A stretch of 64,000 nucleotides of DNA from Candidatus Nomurabacteria bacterium RIFCSPLOWO2_01_FULL_39_18 (GTDB lineage Bacteria; Patescibacteriota; Minisyncoccia; Phycocordibacterales; UBA9973), in contig MFUV01000010.1 in the NCBI GenBank assembly GCA_001787005.1, forward strand, positions 73,955 through 137,954. Reading direction: 5' to 3'. Positions within the stretch are counted from its first letter, which is position 1; each line of letters starts with the position of its first letter. A program made the translations under genes and the position numbers. Below are positions 10,046 through 19,635 of the stretch, in pieces. A model generated the notes under the pieces. That model made no database searches. It was not told the origin of the DNA and worked only from the letters and a program-made list of their open reading frames with translations.

Positions 10046-11269
10046 ATGCAAAACCCATTTCAAAACGCAATGGCACAGCTCGACAAAGTCGCCAAAATCA
10101 AAGATTTTGGCGATGAGTTTATCGCGTGCCTCCGACAGCCCGACCGAGATATTAGAATTACAATACCGGTCAAAATGGATGACGGTTCTATGAAAGTTTT
10201 TGAAGGATACCGAGTGGAATATAACAATACTCTGGGTCCCTATAAGGGCGGAATTAGATACCATCCAAACACGGAAATAAACGAGGTGAAAGCATTAGGT
10301 TTCTGGATGATGCTCAAATGCGCCGTAGCTGGAATCCCCATGGGCGGAGGCAAGGGCGGTGTAACTGTCGAGCCAAAAGATTTGTCCAAAAAAGAATCAG
10401 AAAGACTTTCTCGCGGATGGATACAAAAACTTTCTGATGTCTTGGGACCATACAAAGATGTCCCTGCGCCGGATGTAAATACCACGCCCGAGATAATGGA
10501 ATGGATGGCGGACGAATACGGAAAAATAACTGGCGATAAAACCGGAGCAGTAATAACGGGCAAGCCATTGGATAAAGGTGGCTCCGAAGGGCGAAATATA
10601 TCCACAGCACAGGGCGGATTTTATGTCTTTGAGACACTTCGTAGAGAGCTTGGATTGCCAGAGAAATGCAAAGTAGTAATTCAGGGATTTGGAAATGTGG
10701 GAAATAACGCCGCAGATATTTGGAGCAAGGCAGGACATGTAGTAATAGCGGTTTCAGATTCCAAAGGAGGAATTTATAAAGCAGACGGGATTGATATAAA
10801 AAAGCTCGCTGAGCATAAAAAAAATACTGGTTCACTTTCTGGCTTTGAAGGAAGCTCAAATATTACCAATCAAGAATTACTGGAGATAGAGTGTGATTTA
10901 TTAATTCCTGCTGCTTTTGAAAATGTCGTCACCGAAGCCAATGCAGGAAAAATTAAGGCAAAGATCGTCCTAGAGCTCGCCAATGGACCCACAACTCCAG
11001 AAGCGGATGAAATTTTGTTTAAAAAAAACATTCCCGTAATTCCAGATATCTTGGCAAATTCTGGAGGCGTTGTAGTTTCCTATTTTGAATGGGATCAAAA
11101 TTTGAAACAGGAGCACTGGAGTGAAAAAGAAGTCTTCGAAAAATTACGTCCGATGCTTGAAGATGCTTCAAAAAAAATATTAGAAAAGGCAAGAGAGGCA
11201 AACACCTCTCTCCGCATGGGCGCCTTCATCTTGGCACTTGAGAGAATAAAAGAAAAAATGCGCGGTTAG
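10046..11269 (+). CDS. gdhA: Glu/Leu/Phe/Val dehydrogenase
   Basis: GPYKGGIRYHP, GGGKGG, DVPAPD, QGFGNVG, ELANGPTT. Confidence 0.93.
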   Translation: MQNPFQNAMAQLDKVAKIKDFGDEFIACLRQPDRDIRITIPVKMDDGSMKVFEGYRVEYNNTLGPYKGGIRYHPNTEINEVKALGFWMMLKCAVAGIPMGGGKGGVTVEPKDLSKKESERLSRGWIQKLSDVLGPYKDVPAPDVNTTPEIMEWMADEYGKITGDKTGAVITGKPLDKGGSEGRNISTAQGGFYVFETLRRELGLPEKCKVVIQGFGNVGNNAADIWSKAGHVVIAVSDSKGGIYKADGIDIKKLAEHKKNTGSLSGFEGSSNITNQELLEIECDLLIPAAFENVVTEANAGKIKAKIVLELANGPTTPEADEILFKKNIPVIPDILANSGGVVVSYFEWDQNLKQEHWSEKEVFEKLRPMLEDASKKILEKAREANTSLRMGAFILALERIKEKMRG

Positions 11270-11331
11270 CTCAGTGGTAGAGCGACCCCTTGACGTGGGG
11301 TAGGCCGGGGGTTCAATCCCCTCACCGCGCA
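11260..11331 (+). tRNA. tRNA-Val(GAC), no encoded CCA
   Basis: Acceptor GCGCGGT/ACCGCGC, anticodon arm ACCCC-TTGACGT-GGGGT, T-loop TTCAATC. Confidence 0.95.
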
Positions 11332-11332
11332 C

Positions 11333-12631
11333 ATGAGAATCTTGAGCATCGAGACATCTTGCGATGATACGGCAATAAGCATTATGGAGGCAAAGGGGGG
11401 TGTTACGAACGCCTCCTTCGGCGTATTGGCAAACACTTCAAATTCACAAATAAAAGTCCATATCCCGTACGGTGGAGTTTATCCAGTGCTGGCAAAACGG
11501 GAACATACTAAAAATCTGCCAATCCTTCTAGAACAAGCATTAAAGGAAGCAAAACTAGAGAAAGAAAATAGTCCTGTGGATGTTATTGCTGTCACTTACG
11601 GTCCGGGGCTGGAGATGTGTTTGTGGGAGGGAATAATTTTCGCACAAAAATTAGCGAAAAAGTGGGAAGTGCCGTTAATCCCCGTAAACCATATGGAGGG
11701 GCATGTGTTGTCAGTATTCGGGAAAGATAAAGGGAAGTTTAAAATCCCTAAAATAAAATTTCCCATGCTTTCCTTGCTCGTTTCCGGCAGACATACGCAG
11801 TTAGTACTGTCTAAAAAACCCGCCCGACCGGACGCTAGCCCGACAAGGTCATTCTGGCGGGGTCGTTCGGGCGGGTGGTTGCAATACGAAATTATCGGTA
11901 CAACCTTAGATGACGCAGTTGGTGAAGCTTTCGACAAAGTTGCCAGAATGCTCGATCTTCCCTACCCGGGCGGACCGGAGATTTCTAAACTGGCAGAAGA
12001 AGCCAGAATCTTGCGCAAGGGAAGCATTGCGCAAGCTGGCGACAGGAAAAGAGGGGCTTTGCTCTTACAGAGACTTGGGAGCGCGTCGTCTGCTTTCCAG
12101 CAGACCCCCGCACGAGGAATTTTTCAGCAGAAAAATATCCGTGCTCTGGAAGAGCAAAGCCCCTCTTTAAAGCTTCCTCGCCCAATGCTTCACAGTAAAA
12201 ATTTTGATTTCTCTTTCGCAGGATTGAAAACCGCTGTGCTTTACCTCATACATGATCTGAAAAAAGAACATTCCAACATTTTGCAAAATAACCAAATGAA
12301 AATGCAGATTGCTTTAGAGTTTGAGAATGCGGCGATAGAGTGCCTTACACACAAAACAAAAAAGGCTATAGAAAAATATAAAATCAAAACACTCATCGTG
12401 GCTGGCGGGGTGGCCGCGAATAAACATTTAAGAAATGAGATGCAAAAAATCACCACCCCAGACCCCTCCTCAAAAAGGAGGGGAGGAATTAAACTCCTCT
12501 TCCCCACCAGAGAACTCTCGGGGGACAATTCTCTGATGATCGGCATCGCCGGATACCTAAATTATCTAAAAAATAAGAAGAAAGTTCCCAAACTAGAGAG
12601 CATCAAAGCGACTGGTAATTTAAGGCTCTAA
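11333..12631 (+). CDS. tsaD: tRNA t6A37 threonylcarbamoyltransferase TsaD with several insertions
   Basis: IETSCDDT, NHMEGH, LDDAVGEAFDKVAR, FSFAGLKTA, AGGVAAN; 432 aa, longer than typical. Confidence 0.95.
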   Translation: MRILSIETSCDDTAISIMEAKGGVTNASFGVLANTSNSQIKVHIPYGGVYPVLAKREHTKNLPILLEQALKEAKLEKENSPVDVIAVTYGPGLEMCLWEGIIFAQKLAKKWEVPLIPVNHMEGHVLSVFGKDKGKFKIPKIKFPMLSLLVSGRHTQLVLSKKPARPDASPTRSFWRGRSGGWLQYEIIGTTLDDAVGEAFDKVARMLDLPYPGGPEISKLAEEARILRKGSIAQAGDRKRGALLLQRLGSASSAFQQTPARGIFQQKNIRALEEQSPSLKLPRPMLHSKNFDFSFAGLKTAVLYLIHDLKKEHSNILQNNQMKMQIALEFENAAIECLTHKTKKAIEKYKIKTLIVAGGVAANKHLRNEMQKITTPDPSSKRRGGIKLLFPTRELSGDNSLMIGIAGYLNYLKNKKKVPKLESIKATGNLRL

Positions 12632-12648
12632 TATGATATTATTTGTCT

Positions 12649-14829
12649 ATGGATAGTAGATTACTCAAACCCTATAACCCGAAAGAAACAGAAGAAAGAA
12701 TCTACAAGCTATGGGAAGATAGCGGTTTTTTTAACCCAGACAAGAATACTAATCCAGACGCCGAGCCTTTCACCCTAATAATGCCTCCCGTCAATGCAAA
12801 TGGTTCTCTACACGCGGGACATGGCCTGATACTGACCATCGAAGATGTAATGGTGCGCTACAAAAGGATGCGCGGATTCAAAACGCTCTGGCTTCCAGGA
12901 CTAGACCATGCCGGCTTTGAAACACAAGTCGTTTATGAAAAGAAGTTAGAAAAAGAAGGACGAAGCAGATTCGAGATAGAACCAAAACAACTTTATAAGG
13001 AAATTCTGGACTTTACTCTAGCCAACTCGACTAATATAAAATCTCAGATAAGAAAAATGGGAGCTTCGTGCGATTGGGGACGAGAAAAATTTACACTAGA
13101 CCCAGATGTGGTGAAAACTGTCCATCAAACATTCGAGAGAATGTATGACGATGATTTGATTTATCGAGGAAAACGAATCATCAGCTGGTGTTCCAAGCAT
13201 CAAACATCATTTTCCGATTTAGAAATAAAAGACGAAGAACGCACAGACGATTTTTATTATCTCAAATATGGACCTTTCACTATCGGCACAGCTAGGCCAG
13301 AAACTAAATTTGGTGATAAATATGTAGTTATGCACCCGGATGACGAACGTTATAAAGAATACAAAGAAGGCCAAAAAATAAATTTAGAATGGATAAATGG
13401 TCCCATAGAAGCCACTGTTGTAAAAGATGACTCCATAGATAAGGAATTCGGAACCGGAGTCATGACGATAACTCCCTGGCACGACACTCTAGACTTTGAG
13501 ATCGCAGAGCGACACAAGCTAGACAAAGAACAAGTCATCGACGAAAACGGAAAATTGCTACCCATCGCGGGAGAATTTGCCGGACAACATATCAAAAAAG
13601 CACGACCACTCATAATCGAAAAATTGCAAAAGAAGGGTTTGGTGGAAAAAATAGATACAAGCTACAAGCATGTCGTTCGTACTTGCTATAAATGCGGGAC
13701 AATTATTGAACCTCAAATCAAAAGTCAGTGGTTTGTGAAAATGAAACCTTTGGCCGAGAAAGCCTTGGAGAAAATTGAGAATGGAGAAATAGTTTATATT
13801 CCCGAACATTATAAAAAAATTACGGTTCATTGGTTAGGGAACATAATGGACTGGAATATCTCCCGGCAGATAGTCTGGGGGATCCCCATTCCCGCAAAGA
13901 TATGTAAAGAATGCAGTCACGGAATGGTAGATATAGGGGAGAAAATTACAAAGTGTAAAAAGTGTGATGGCGAAGTTGAAAAAGACAATGACACCTTTGA
14001 TACTTGGTTCTCGTCTGGACAGTGGCCGTTTGTAACACTTGGTTATCCAGATTCTCCTGATTTTAAAAAATTTTATCCCACGGACGTTATGGAAACTGGG
14101 GGCGACATTATATTCTTTTGGATTTCTCGTATGATTATGCTGGGCCTCTATGTGACCGGAAAAATTCCCTTCAAGACGGTATATTTAAATGGCATGGTTC
14201 TCGACGCTAAAAGCCAAAAAATGAGTAAAAGTAAAGGAAATGTTATCGATCCGCTTGTCCTGACAGAAAAATACGGCACCGATGCCTTCAGAATGGGAAT
14301 GGTTGTGGGCAACACGCCAGGGACCTCGCTCGCACTTGCCGAGGAGCGGATTAGAGGATATAAAAATTTCGCAAATAAAATCTGGAATGCTGCACGCTTC
14401 GTGCTCGACAATACGAAAGATTTTAAAATACCGACAACGCCGCCCTATGACGAAGAAGATAAGAAATCAGACGAAGAACTGAAAAATTTAATAACCGAAA
14501 TCACGACAGAAATAGATGAATACAAGTTCTACATTGTCGCAGAAAAACTTTACCACTACTTTTGGCACACTTTTGCTGATATTATTATTGAGAGGTCAAA
14601 AAAGAAAATTGCCGAGAACAAAAATGCAGATGGAGCAAAGGCGCTTTTGTATACACACCTCGAAACATTGCTTGGGGCTTTGCACCCCTTCATGCCATTT
14701 ATTACTGAAGAAATTTGGCAAATTATAAAATCCCGACGCAAGGTCGGGACCCCGACTGAAACGTCGGGGTTACTTATGGTAGAACAATGGCCCTTTGACT
14801 CTGCTCAGGGCAAGCCAAAATCGATATGA
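12649..14829 (+). CDS. valS: Valine--tRNA ligase (compact, no C-terminal coiled-coil arm)
   Basis: LHAGH, DHAG, WNISRQ, DTWFSS, KMSKS; ATG 12649 preferred over TTG 12643. Confidence 0.95.
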   Translation: MDSRLLKPYNPKETEERIYKLWEDSGFFNPDKNTNPDAEPFTLIMPPVNANGSLHAGHGLILTIEDVMVRYKRMRGFKTLWLPGLDHAGFETQVVYEKKLEKEGRSRFEIEPKQLYKEILDFTLANSTNIKSQIRKMGASCDWGREKFTLDPDVVKTVHQTFERMYDDDLIYRGKRIISWCSKHQTSFSDLEIKDEERTDDFYYLKYGPFTIGTARPETKFGDKYVVMHPDDERYKEYKEGQKINLEWINGPIEATVVKDDSIDKEFGTGVMTITPWHDTLDFEIAERHKLDKEQVIDENGKLLPIAGEFAGQHIKKARPLIIEKLQKKGLVEKIDTSYKHVVRTCYKCGTIIEPQIKSQWFVKMKPLAEKALEKIENGEIVYIPEHYKKITVHWLGNIMDWNISRQIVWGIPIPAKICKECSHGMVDIGEKITKCKKCDGEVEKDNDTFDTWFSSGQWPFVTLGYPDSPDFKKFYPTDVMETGGDIIFFWISRMIMLGLYVTGKIPFKTVYLNGMVLDAKSQKMSKSKGNVIDPLVLTEKYGTDAFRMGMVVGNTPGTSLALAEERIRGYKNFANKIWNAARFVLDNTKDFKIPTTPPYDEEDKKSDEELKNLITEITTEIDEYKFYIVAEKLYHYFWHTFADIIIERSKKKIAENKNADGAKALLYTHLETLLGALHPFMPFITEEIWQIIKSRRKVGTPTETSGLLMVEQWPFDSAQGKPKSI

Positions 14830-15515
14830 TGACCAGTGATCCAAAAATTTTGTTTCTAGCATTTGTTGGCGGAATCATCCCTGCCCTATTGTGGCTGTGG
14901 TTTTGGCTGAAAGAAGACAAGCAGAAGCCCGAACCGAAGGGGCTACTTTCTGTGATTTTCATAATGGGCGTGATAGCTGTTATTTTCGTTCTGCCAATTC
15001 AAAAGTTTATCCAGGCTCATGTGGTCTCGCATGGATGGGAGCTAGTTTTATGGGCGACAGCAGAAGAAATAATGAAATATCTGGCTGTGATGATTGTACT
15101 TTATAAAACAAATTTTGCTGATGAGCCCGTAGACTGGCCAATATATATGATTACGGGGGCTTTGGGTTTCGCGGCGCTCGAGAATGCTCTATTTTTGATT
15201 AAACCGCTCTCTTTAGGCGCAACTGCGGTGGGTCTCTTAACGGGTCAATTAAGATTCCTCGGATCGACTCTTCTTCATACAGTTTCAAGCGCCATAGTGG
15301 GTATTGCGGTGGGAATCTCGCTCCACATGGGTGGATTTGCTAGAAAATGGCACTTTTTGGTAGGGCTTTTTCTGGCCAGCGCCTTGCATAGTATCTTTAA
15401 TTTCTTTATAATAAAGAACAATGGCAGTGACTTTCTAAAAGTGTTTGCTTTCTTGTGGGTCGTCACCATTATTGTCATGTTACTTTTCGAAAAAATAAGA
15501 AGAATGAATTACTAG
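14826..15515 (+). CDS. PrsW family intramembrane metalloprotease
   Basis: PEP, AEEIMK, ALGFAALEN, LH..LH..FN motifs; multiple TMs. Confidence 0.88.
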   Translation: MMTSDPKILFLAFVGGIIPALLWLWFWLKEDKQKPEPKGLLSVIFIMGVIAVIFVLPIQKFIQAHVVSHGWELVLWATAEEIMKYLAVMIVLYKTNFADEPVDWPIYMITGALGFAALENALFLIKPLSLGATAVGLLTGQLRFLGSTLLHTVSSAIVGIAVGISLHMGGFARKWHFLVGLFLASALHSIFNFFIIKNNGSDFLKVFAFLWVVTIIVMLLFEKIRRMNY

Positions 15516-15532
15516 ATTAATTAACAAAAAAT

Positions 15533-16012
15533 ATGGAACCAAAAAAGAGGGGTTTTTTTGAAAGATTGGCTGGAAGCGTTAGAATGGAAGAAGAACCGGA
15601 AGAGGGAAAGAAAAAATTTACGGGAATGGGTAATGGAGAAAAAGGCAGTAGAAAAAATAATTGGATTGAGGAAGAAAGCGAAGATGCAGAACTGGCCGTC
15701 GATGTTTACCAGACCGAAGGAGACATCATTATACAAACAATGGTTGCTGGGGTGAAGCCGGAAGATTTAGAGCTATCGATTGCCAGAGACATCGTAACTA
15801 TTTCGGGCAAGCGCGAAGAATCTAGAAACGTAGATGAAGAAAATTATTTTGTCAAAGAGCTTTATTGGGGCAAATTTTCTCGCACCATCTCGCTTCCCCA
15901 AGAAATTGAACCGGAAGAAGTTGACGCAACAGAGCGCCACGGACTTGTTACCATCAAACTTCAGAAAGTGGATAAAGAAAAGAAAAACACCATAAAAGTC
16001 AGATCAATCTAG
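15533..16012 (+). CDS. Hsp20/alpha-crystallin small heat shock protein
   Basis: VDVYQT, AGVKPEDL, ELYWGKFSRTISLP, HGLVTIKL. Confidence 0.9.
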   Translation: MEPKKRGFFERLAGSVRMEEEPEEGKKKFTGMGNGEKGSRKNNWIEEESEDAELAVDVYQTEGDIIIQTMVAGVKPEDLELSIARDIVTISGKREESRNVDEENYFVKELYWGKFSRTISLPQEIEPEEVDATERHGLVTIKLQKVDKEKKNTIKVRSI

Positions 16013-17259
16013 GAGATCAAATCTGCTTTTTCTTTTATTTCAACTTTTCTCACAAAATAAAAGCCGATGGCCACAAATACTGCCATGGTTATCATGGCAA
16101 TACGGTATCGTACTACTCCAAAATTAATAAAAATATAAGTTATCATCCCCCAAAATAGTGGTCCTATCAGAGTTGATGTTCGCTCTGCTAATGTGTAAAA
16201 ACTAAAACCGAAATTTAGCTTCTCTTTCGGAGTAAGCGCTGTCATAGCAGTTCGACTCACAGTCCATATAGCTCCAAAAAGAAAACCGACCAAAATACAC
16301 AAAACAGTGAATAACTTGAAGTTTGTGTTTAAACCAAGTACGGGTATGAATACGACCCAAACACCAATCACAATCAAGAGAGATTTCTTGAGCCCAATTT
16401 TATCTATAATAAAACCGGAAGAAACAGCTCCGATGATGGAAGTAAGCAAAGCTCCGCCCAGAAGAATTGTTTTTAATTTGTCAGAGACGCCAAAGACATT
16501 CTGGAGGTAAATGGGAAAATTATTAGAAACGGTAAGAATAGCGTCATTGAAAAAGAAATAGGCTAAAAGAAACATTTTCATGTTTCTATCAGAAACTAGG
16601 CTTTTGAATTGCTGCCATAGGCTTCTGTATTCTTCTTTAAAATTAATTTTGTAATCTGGATTTTGTTGCATTTGTAATTTGAAAAACAAAAGCATCGGCA
16701 ACGCAAGAATAAAAAATAAAATAGTTGCGGGCAAGAAAGTCTGTGCGCGACCAGTTTCGCCTATGAGATAAATAGCCCCGCCAGCAAGGGGTAAGGTAAT
16801 TAATAGCCCAGCGATTTGCCCCAGGTAGTTGGCTCCGATACCGATACCGGACACTCTCCCCCATTTTTCTCTAGGGGCAATATGATGCAAGAATGCATTA
16901 TAAAAAACAAAGGAAAATTGGTAAAAATAATTCGCAAGAAGAAAGAATAATGCCGCTAAAAATATTTGATGAGAAAAAAACAAGGCTACCAGAGAAACAC
17001 CAAGAAAGAAGAGGAGTGAAAGCATAGTGATCTTATTGAAATAACTTTGTTGTCTTCCTGTCTTGTCGGCAATGCTTCCTAAAATAGGAGCTGTAAAAAG
17101 AAGCATGGCTGATCCAATTGTAAAAATCATGTTAAACCAAAAATCTGCTATCCCCTTGTCAATTACCAGCCATTGAGAAAAATATAAAAAGAAAACAATG
17201 AAGACCATCGAGTTCGCAAAATCATAGAGAGTCCAGAAAAAAATATTTTTCTTGTTCAT
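16009..17259 (-). CDS. MFS transporter (UMF1/Atg22-like)
   Basis: WTLYDFANS, APILGSIAD, about 12 TMs; true start ATG 17259 because the ORF-track extension overlaps tRNA-Phe. Confidence 0.88.
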   Translation of the reverse strand: MNKKNIFFWTLYDFANSMVFIVFFLYFSQWLVIDKGIADFWFNMIFTIGSAMLLFTAPILGSIADKTGRQQSYFNKITMLSLLFFLGVSLVALFFSHQIFLAALFFLLANYFYQFSFVFYNAFLHHIAPREKWGRVSGIGIGANYLGQIAGLLITLPLAGGAIYLIGETGRAQTFLPATILFFILALPMLLFFKLQMQQNPDYKINFKEEYRSLWQQFKSLVSDRNMKMFLLAYFFFNDAILTVSNNFPIYLQNVFGVSDKLKTILLGGALLTSIIGAVSSGFIIDKIGLKKSLLIVIGVWVVFIPVLGLNTNFKLFTVLCILVGFLFGAIWTVSRTAMTALTPKEKLNFGFSFYTLAERTSTLIGPLFWGMITYIFINFGVVRYRIAMITMAVFVAIGFYFVRKVEIKEKADLIS

Positions 17260-17262
17260 TTG

Positions 17263-17334
17263 TGCCTGGGGGGTGAATCGCACACCCGGCCACTTCCTCT
17301 TCAGGGAAATGCTCTACTACTGAGCTACCCAGGC
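17263..17334 (-). tRNA. tRNA-Phe(GAA), no encoded CCA
   Basis: GCCTGGG/CCCAGGC acceptor, TTTCC-CTGAAGA-GGAAG anticodon arm, variant T-loop TGCGATT. Confidence 0.9.
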
Positions 17335-17354
17335 ATAATTGTTTTCAATAAAAA

Positions 17355-17600
17355 TTACTGACCGAACTGTTTTATATTATTTAACACATCACCTGCTCCG
17401 CTATATACGCCTATTAATTGCTCTATATACGGCTGGATAAAATAATAAGCGCCAAGAGCAGAGCCTATAATAAGGACCCAATACAATATGGTCATCATCC
17501 TCTGAAAGCGCATTGAGCGCCTCATGGAGTGCAGTATACTATTATTCTCCTTTGCCAGCGCTAGAGTCTCCTCTAAAAGCTTTTTGGATTCGGGATCCAT
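17355..17600 (-). CDS. Small single-TM hypothetical protein
   Basis: 81 aa, LLEETLALAKENN coiled segment plus TM. Confidence 0.7.
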   Translation of the reverse strand: MDPESKKLLEETLALAKENNSILHSMRRSMRFQRMMTILYWVLIIGSALGAYYFIQPYIEQLIGVYSGAGDVLNNIKQFGQ

Positions 17601-17676
17601 CCCGTACGAAATTTCATTAAATTAATAAAATGACCAATCCCATATACGAAACTTTATTAGCAAGATTTCGTACGGG
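17601..17676. mobile_element. MITE-like hairpin element at a start codon
   Basis: Terminal IR CCCGTACGAAAT/ATTTCGTACGGG flanked on both sides by ATGGAT (minus strand). Confidence 0.75.
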
Positions 17677-17730
17677 ATCCATAGCTACAATTTAGCATAA
17701 TAATTAAAGAAATAAAAGGTTACAGGAAAC

Positions 17731-18567
17731 TTATTGAGTAAGAATTGAAGGATTGTTATATCTTGATATTCTGGCTCGTTTTACTTCTTCTTTTTTGTCT
17801 TTTAATTGATTCGTATCAGATGCCCTAACCAATTCACCCGCTAGCTGTTCTGCTTTAATTTTACTAGATTTATTTCTTCCTAGAATTGCGTAGCCCATAG
17901 CTATTGTAATTTTAAAAGAAAAAGGTTCGCCCGAAAAACTCTCGTCCTCATTTATCTTTACGCCTTTAACAATCAAATTGGTATTTACTTTATCTTGAAT
18001 TCTTGTAAAAATTTTTTTCAACTTTACATCATCTAAATTACCTCTAATCGACAATACCATCCGGAATTCATCGCCATGGGGATGAAATACTAGATCCCCT
18101 CCAAGTTCTTTTACTGCTTCCTGCAACCTTTGGGCGACAGCTTTGATTGCTTGATCGCCCACAGGATGACCATGCCTATCATTTATTACCTTAAAATCAT
18201 CTATGTCCGCAGCAATTGCCATGATGGAGTCTGGAGTAGACTCGCTCTTGGGATTCTGATTTAATTGCTTAATCAATGCAGGCAGTTTTCTTTCTAAACC
18301 AAGACGGTTGTAGCAACCAGTAAAGGTATCAATGCCTTGGTTCGTTTCTAGAGAAGAAATTATTCCTTCTTGCTTTCTCGCAAGCACAGTAATTAATTCA
18401 ATATATTGATCTTTTGTTATTGCTTCTCTCGCGAGAGCGCCACTTATCATATTCACCGTGCAAACACCTCTTGCCAACAAATCCTTTAAATCTTTAAGGG
18501 TCTTCGGGTTCTCCATTATTGCTGTTTTTTCTGGAGTATATGGTGGCTTTCTTGGTATCCATTCCAT
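17731..18567 (-). CDS. GGDEF-domain protein with variant HGDEF motif
   Basis: DTFTGCYNR, DIDDFKVINDRHGHPVGD, HPHGDEF. Confidence 0.85.
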   Translation of the reverse strand: MEWIPRKPPYTPEKTAIMENPKTLKDLKDLLARGVCTVNMISGALAREAITKDQYIELITVLARKQEGIISSLETNQGIDTFTGCYNRLGLERKLPALIKQLNQNPKSESTPDSIMAIAADIDDFKVINDRHGHPVGDQAIKAVAQRLQEAVKELGGDLVFHPHGDEFRMVLSIRGNLDDVKLKKIFTRIQDKVNTNLIVKGVKINEDESFSGEPFSFKITIAMGYAILGRNKSSKIKAEQLAGELVRASDTNQLKDKKEEVKRARISRYNNPSILTQ

Positions 18568-18616
18568 CTAAAAATCATAACACAAGCCACCATGAAATCC
18601 AATTTTGTAAAATTTG

Positions 18617-18691
18617 TGGTGCCCCCGGCAGGAATTGAACCTACATCTATCCCTTAGGACGGGACTGTTCTATCCGTTGAACTACGAGGAC
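18617..18691 (-). tRNA. tRNA-Arg(CCT)
   Basis: GTCCTCG/CGGGGGC acceptor plus ACCA, anticodon loop GTCCTAA, T-loop TTCAATT. Confidence 0.92.
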
Positions 18692-18817
18692 ATATATATT
18701 GTTTGTTCCAATCAAATTTAGCATATTTATAATAAACTTGAAATGCTATGTTGATTTTCTTTTTCAAATTTATTAAAGTTTTTTGCGAAAGAGGTGCGCA
18801 ACGTTTCCCTTTTTTAT

Positions 18818-19063
18818 TTAAACTCCAAGCAGTTTAGAAATTAAAGGCTTGCTGAAGCCCACTACGAGATCATTCCCAATGATTATTACCGGCACGCCCA
18901 TTTGCTTGCTTTTTTCTATCATTTCCTTTCTTTTTTCGGCATCGCTCGCTACATCATATTCCGTATAAGGTACGTTTTTTTCCTTGAAAAACTCTTTAGC
19001 CATATGGCAGAAATGGCAGGACGGGGTAGTATAAATTGTTACCTCTGGTGTTATATTTGGCAT
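18818..19063 (-). CDS. Glutaredoxin/NrdH-like redoxin
   Basis: YTTPSCHFC, QMGVPVI, VGF. Confidence 0.9.
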   Translation of the reverse strand: MPNITPEVTIYTTPSCHFCHMAKEFFKEKNVPYTEYDVASDAEKRKEMIEKSKQMGVPVIIIGNDLVVGFSKPLISKLLGV

Positions 19064-19125
19064 TTGATTTTCTGAAATTATCTTCTAATCCTTCTATTGT
19101 ATCATACTTGTCAAGTAAATAAAAA

Positions 19126-19182
19126 ATGTTCAGTGTTAAACACTGTTAAACACTCAGTGTTGAACATTTCGATGTTGAACAT
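19126..19182. repeat. REP cluster, family A (TGTTCAACACCGAGTGTTGAACA type)
   Basis: Repeated TGTT(A/G)AACA(C) half-sites. Confidence 0.85.
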
Positions 19183-19184
19183 TT

Positions 19185-19525
19185 TTATGGCAGTTTTTCA
19201 ATCATTTGTTGGATCGAACATTCACCAGGAAAATCAAAGTTAGGGACATCCCCATACCCAGTAGTGCCACCAATAAGAGCATGCCATAATCGATACTTTT
19301 GTCTTTCTAGGGGGTTGGGATAAGATTGATTGATAATATCTAGGCACCGCTCTTTCCATTTTTGAAACTCGGTAACTCCTATTTTTTCTTGAAAAACAAG
19401 CATCTTTTGCTTAAGTCTAATAATTAACTCTCTCTCTCTGCCGAAGTCTGTAATAATTTTGTACTTTTTTCATCCCTGGATTGTACACCCTCAGCTCCTT
19501 GGGAAAATTTATCTGGTTTTGACAT
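19185..19525 (-). pseudogene. Hypothetical gene split by a frameshift at an (AG)6 tract
   Basis: 33-aa ORF from ATG 19525 joins the 19403..19185 ORF in-frame without stops if one AG unit (19428-19439) is removed. Confidence 0.6.
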
Positions 19526-19574
19526 AATATTTGATTTTATCACACCAACAACCCTTTTCCCAATACCCACACTA

Positions 19575-19609
19575 ATGTTGAACAATGTTAAACACCGAGT
19601 GTTGAACAT
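19575..19609. repeat. REP family A upstream of RAYT1
   Basis: ATGTTGAACAATGTTAAACACCGAGTGTTGAACAT. Confidence 0.85.
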
Positions 19610-19635
19610 TTTTCATAAAGGTATATAATACGGTT

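Noticed and set aside
17260-17283. N-terminal extension MRFTPQAQ of the MFS gene
   Set aside because: Lies inside tRNA-Phe; ATG at 17259 is the plausible start
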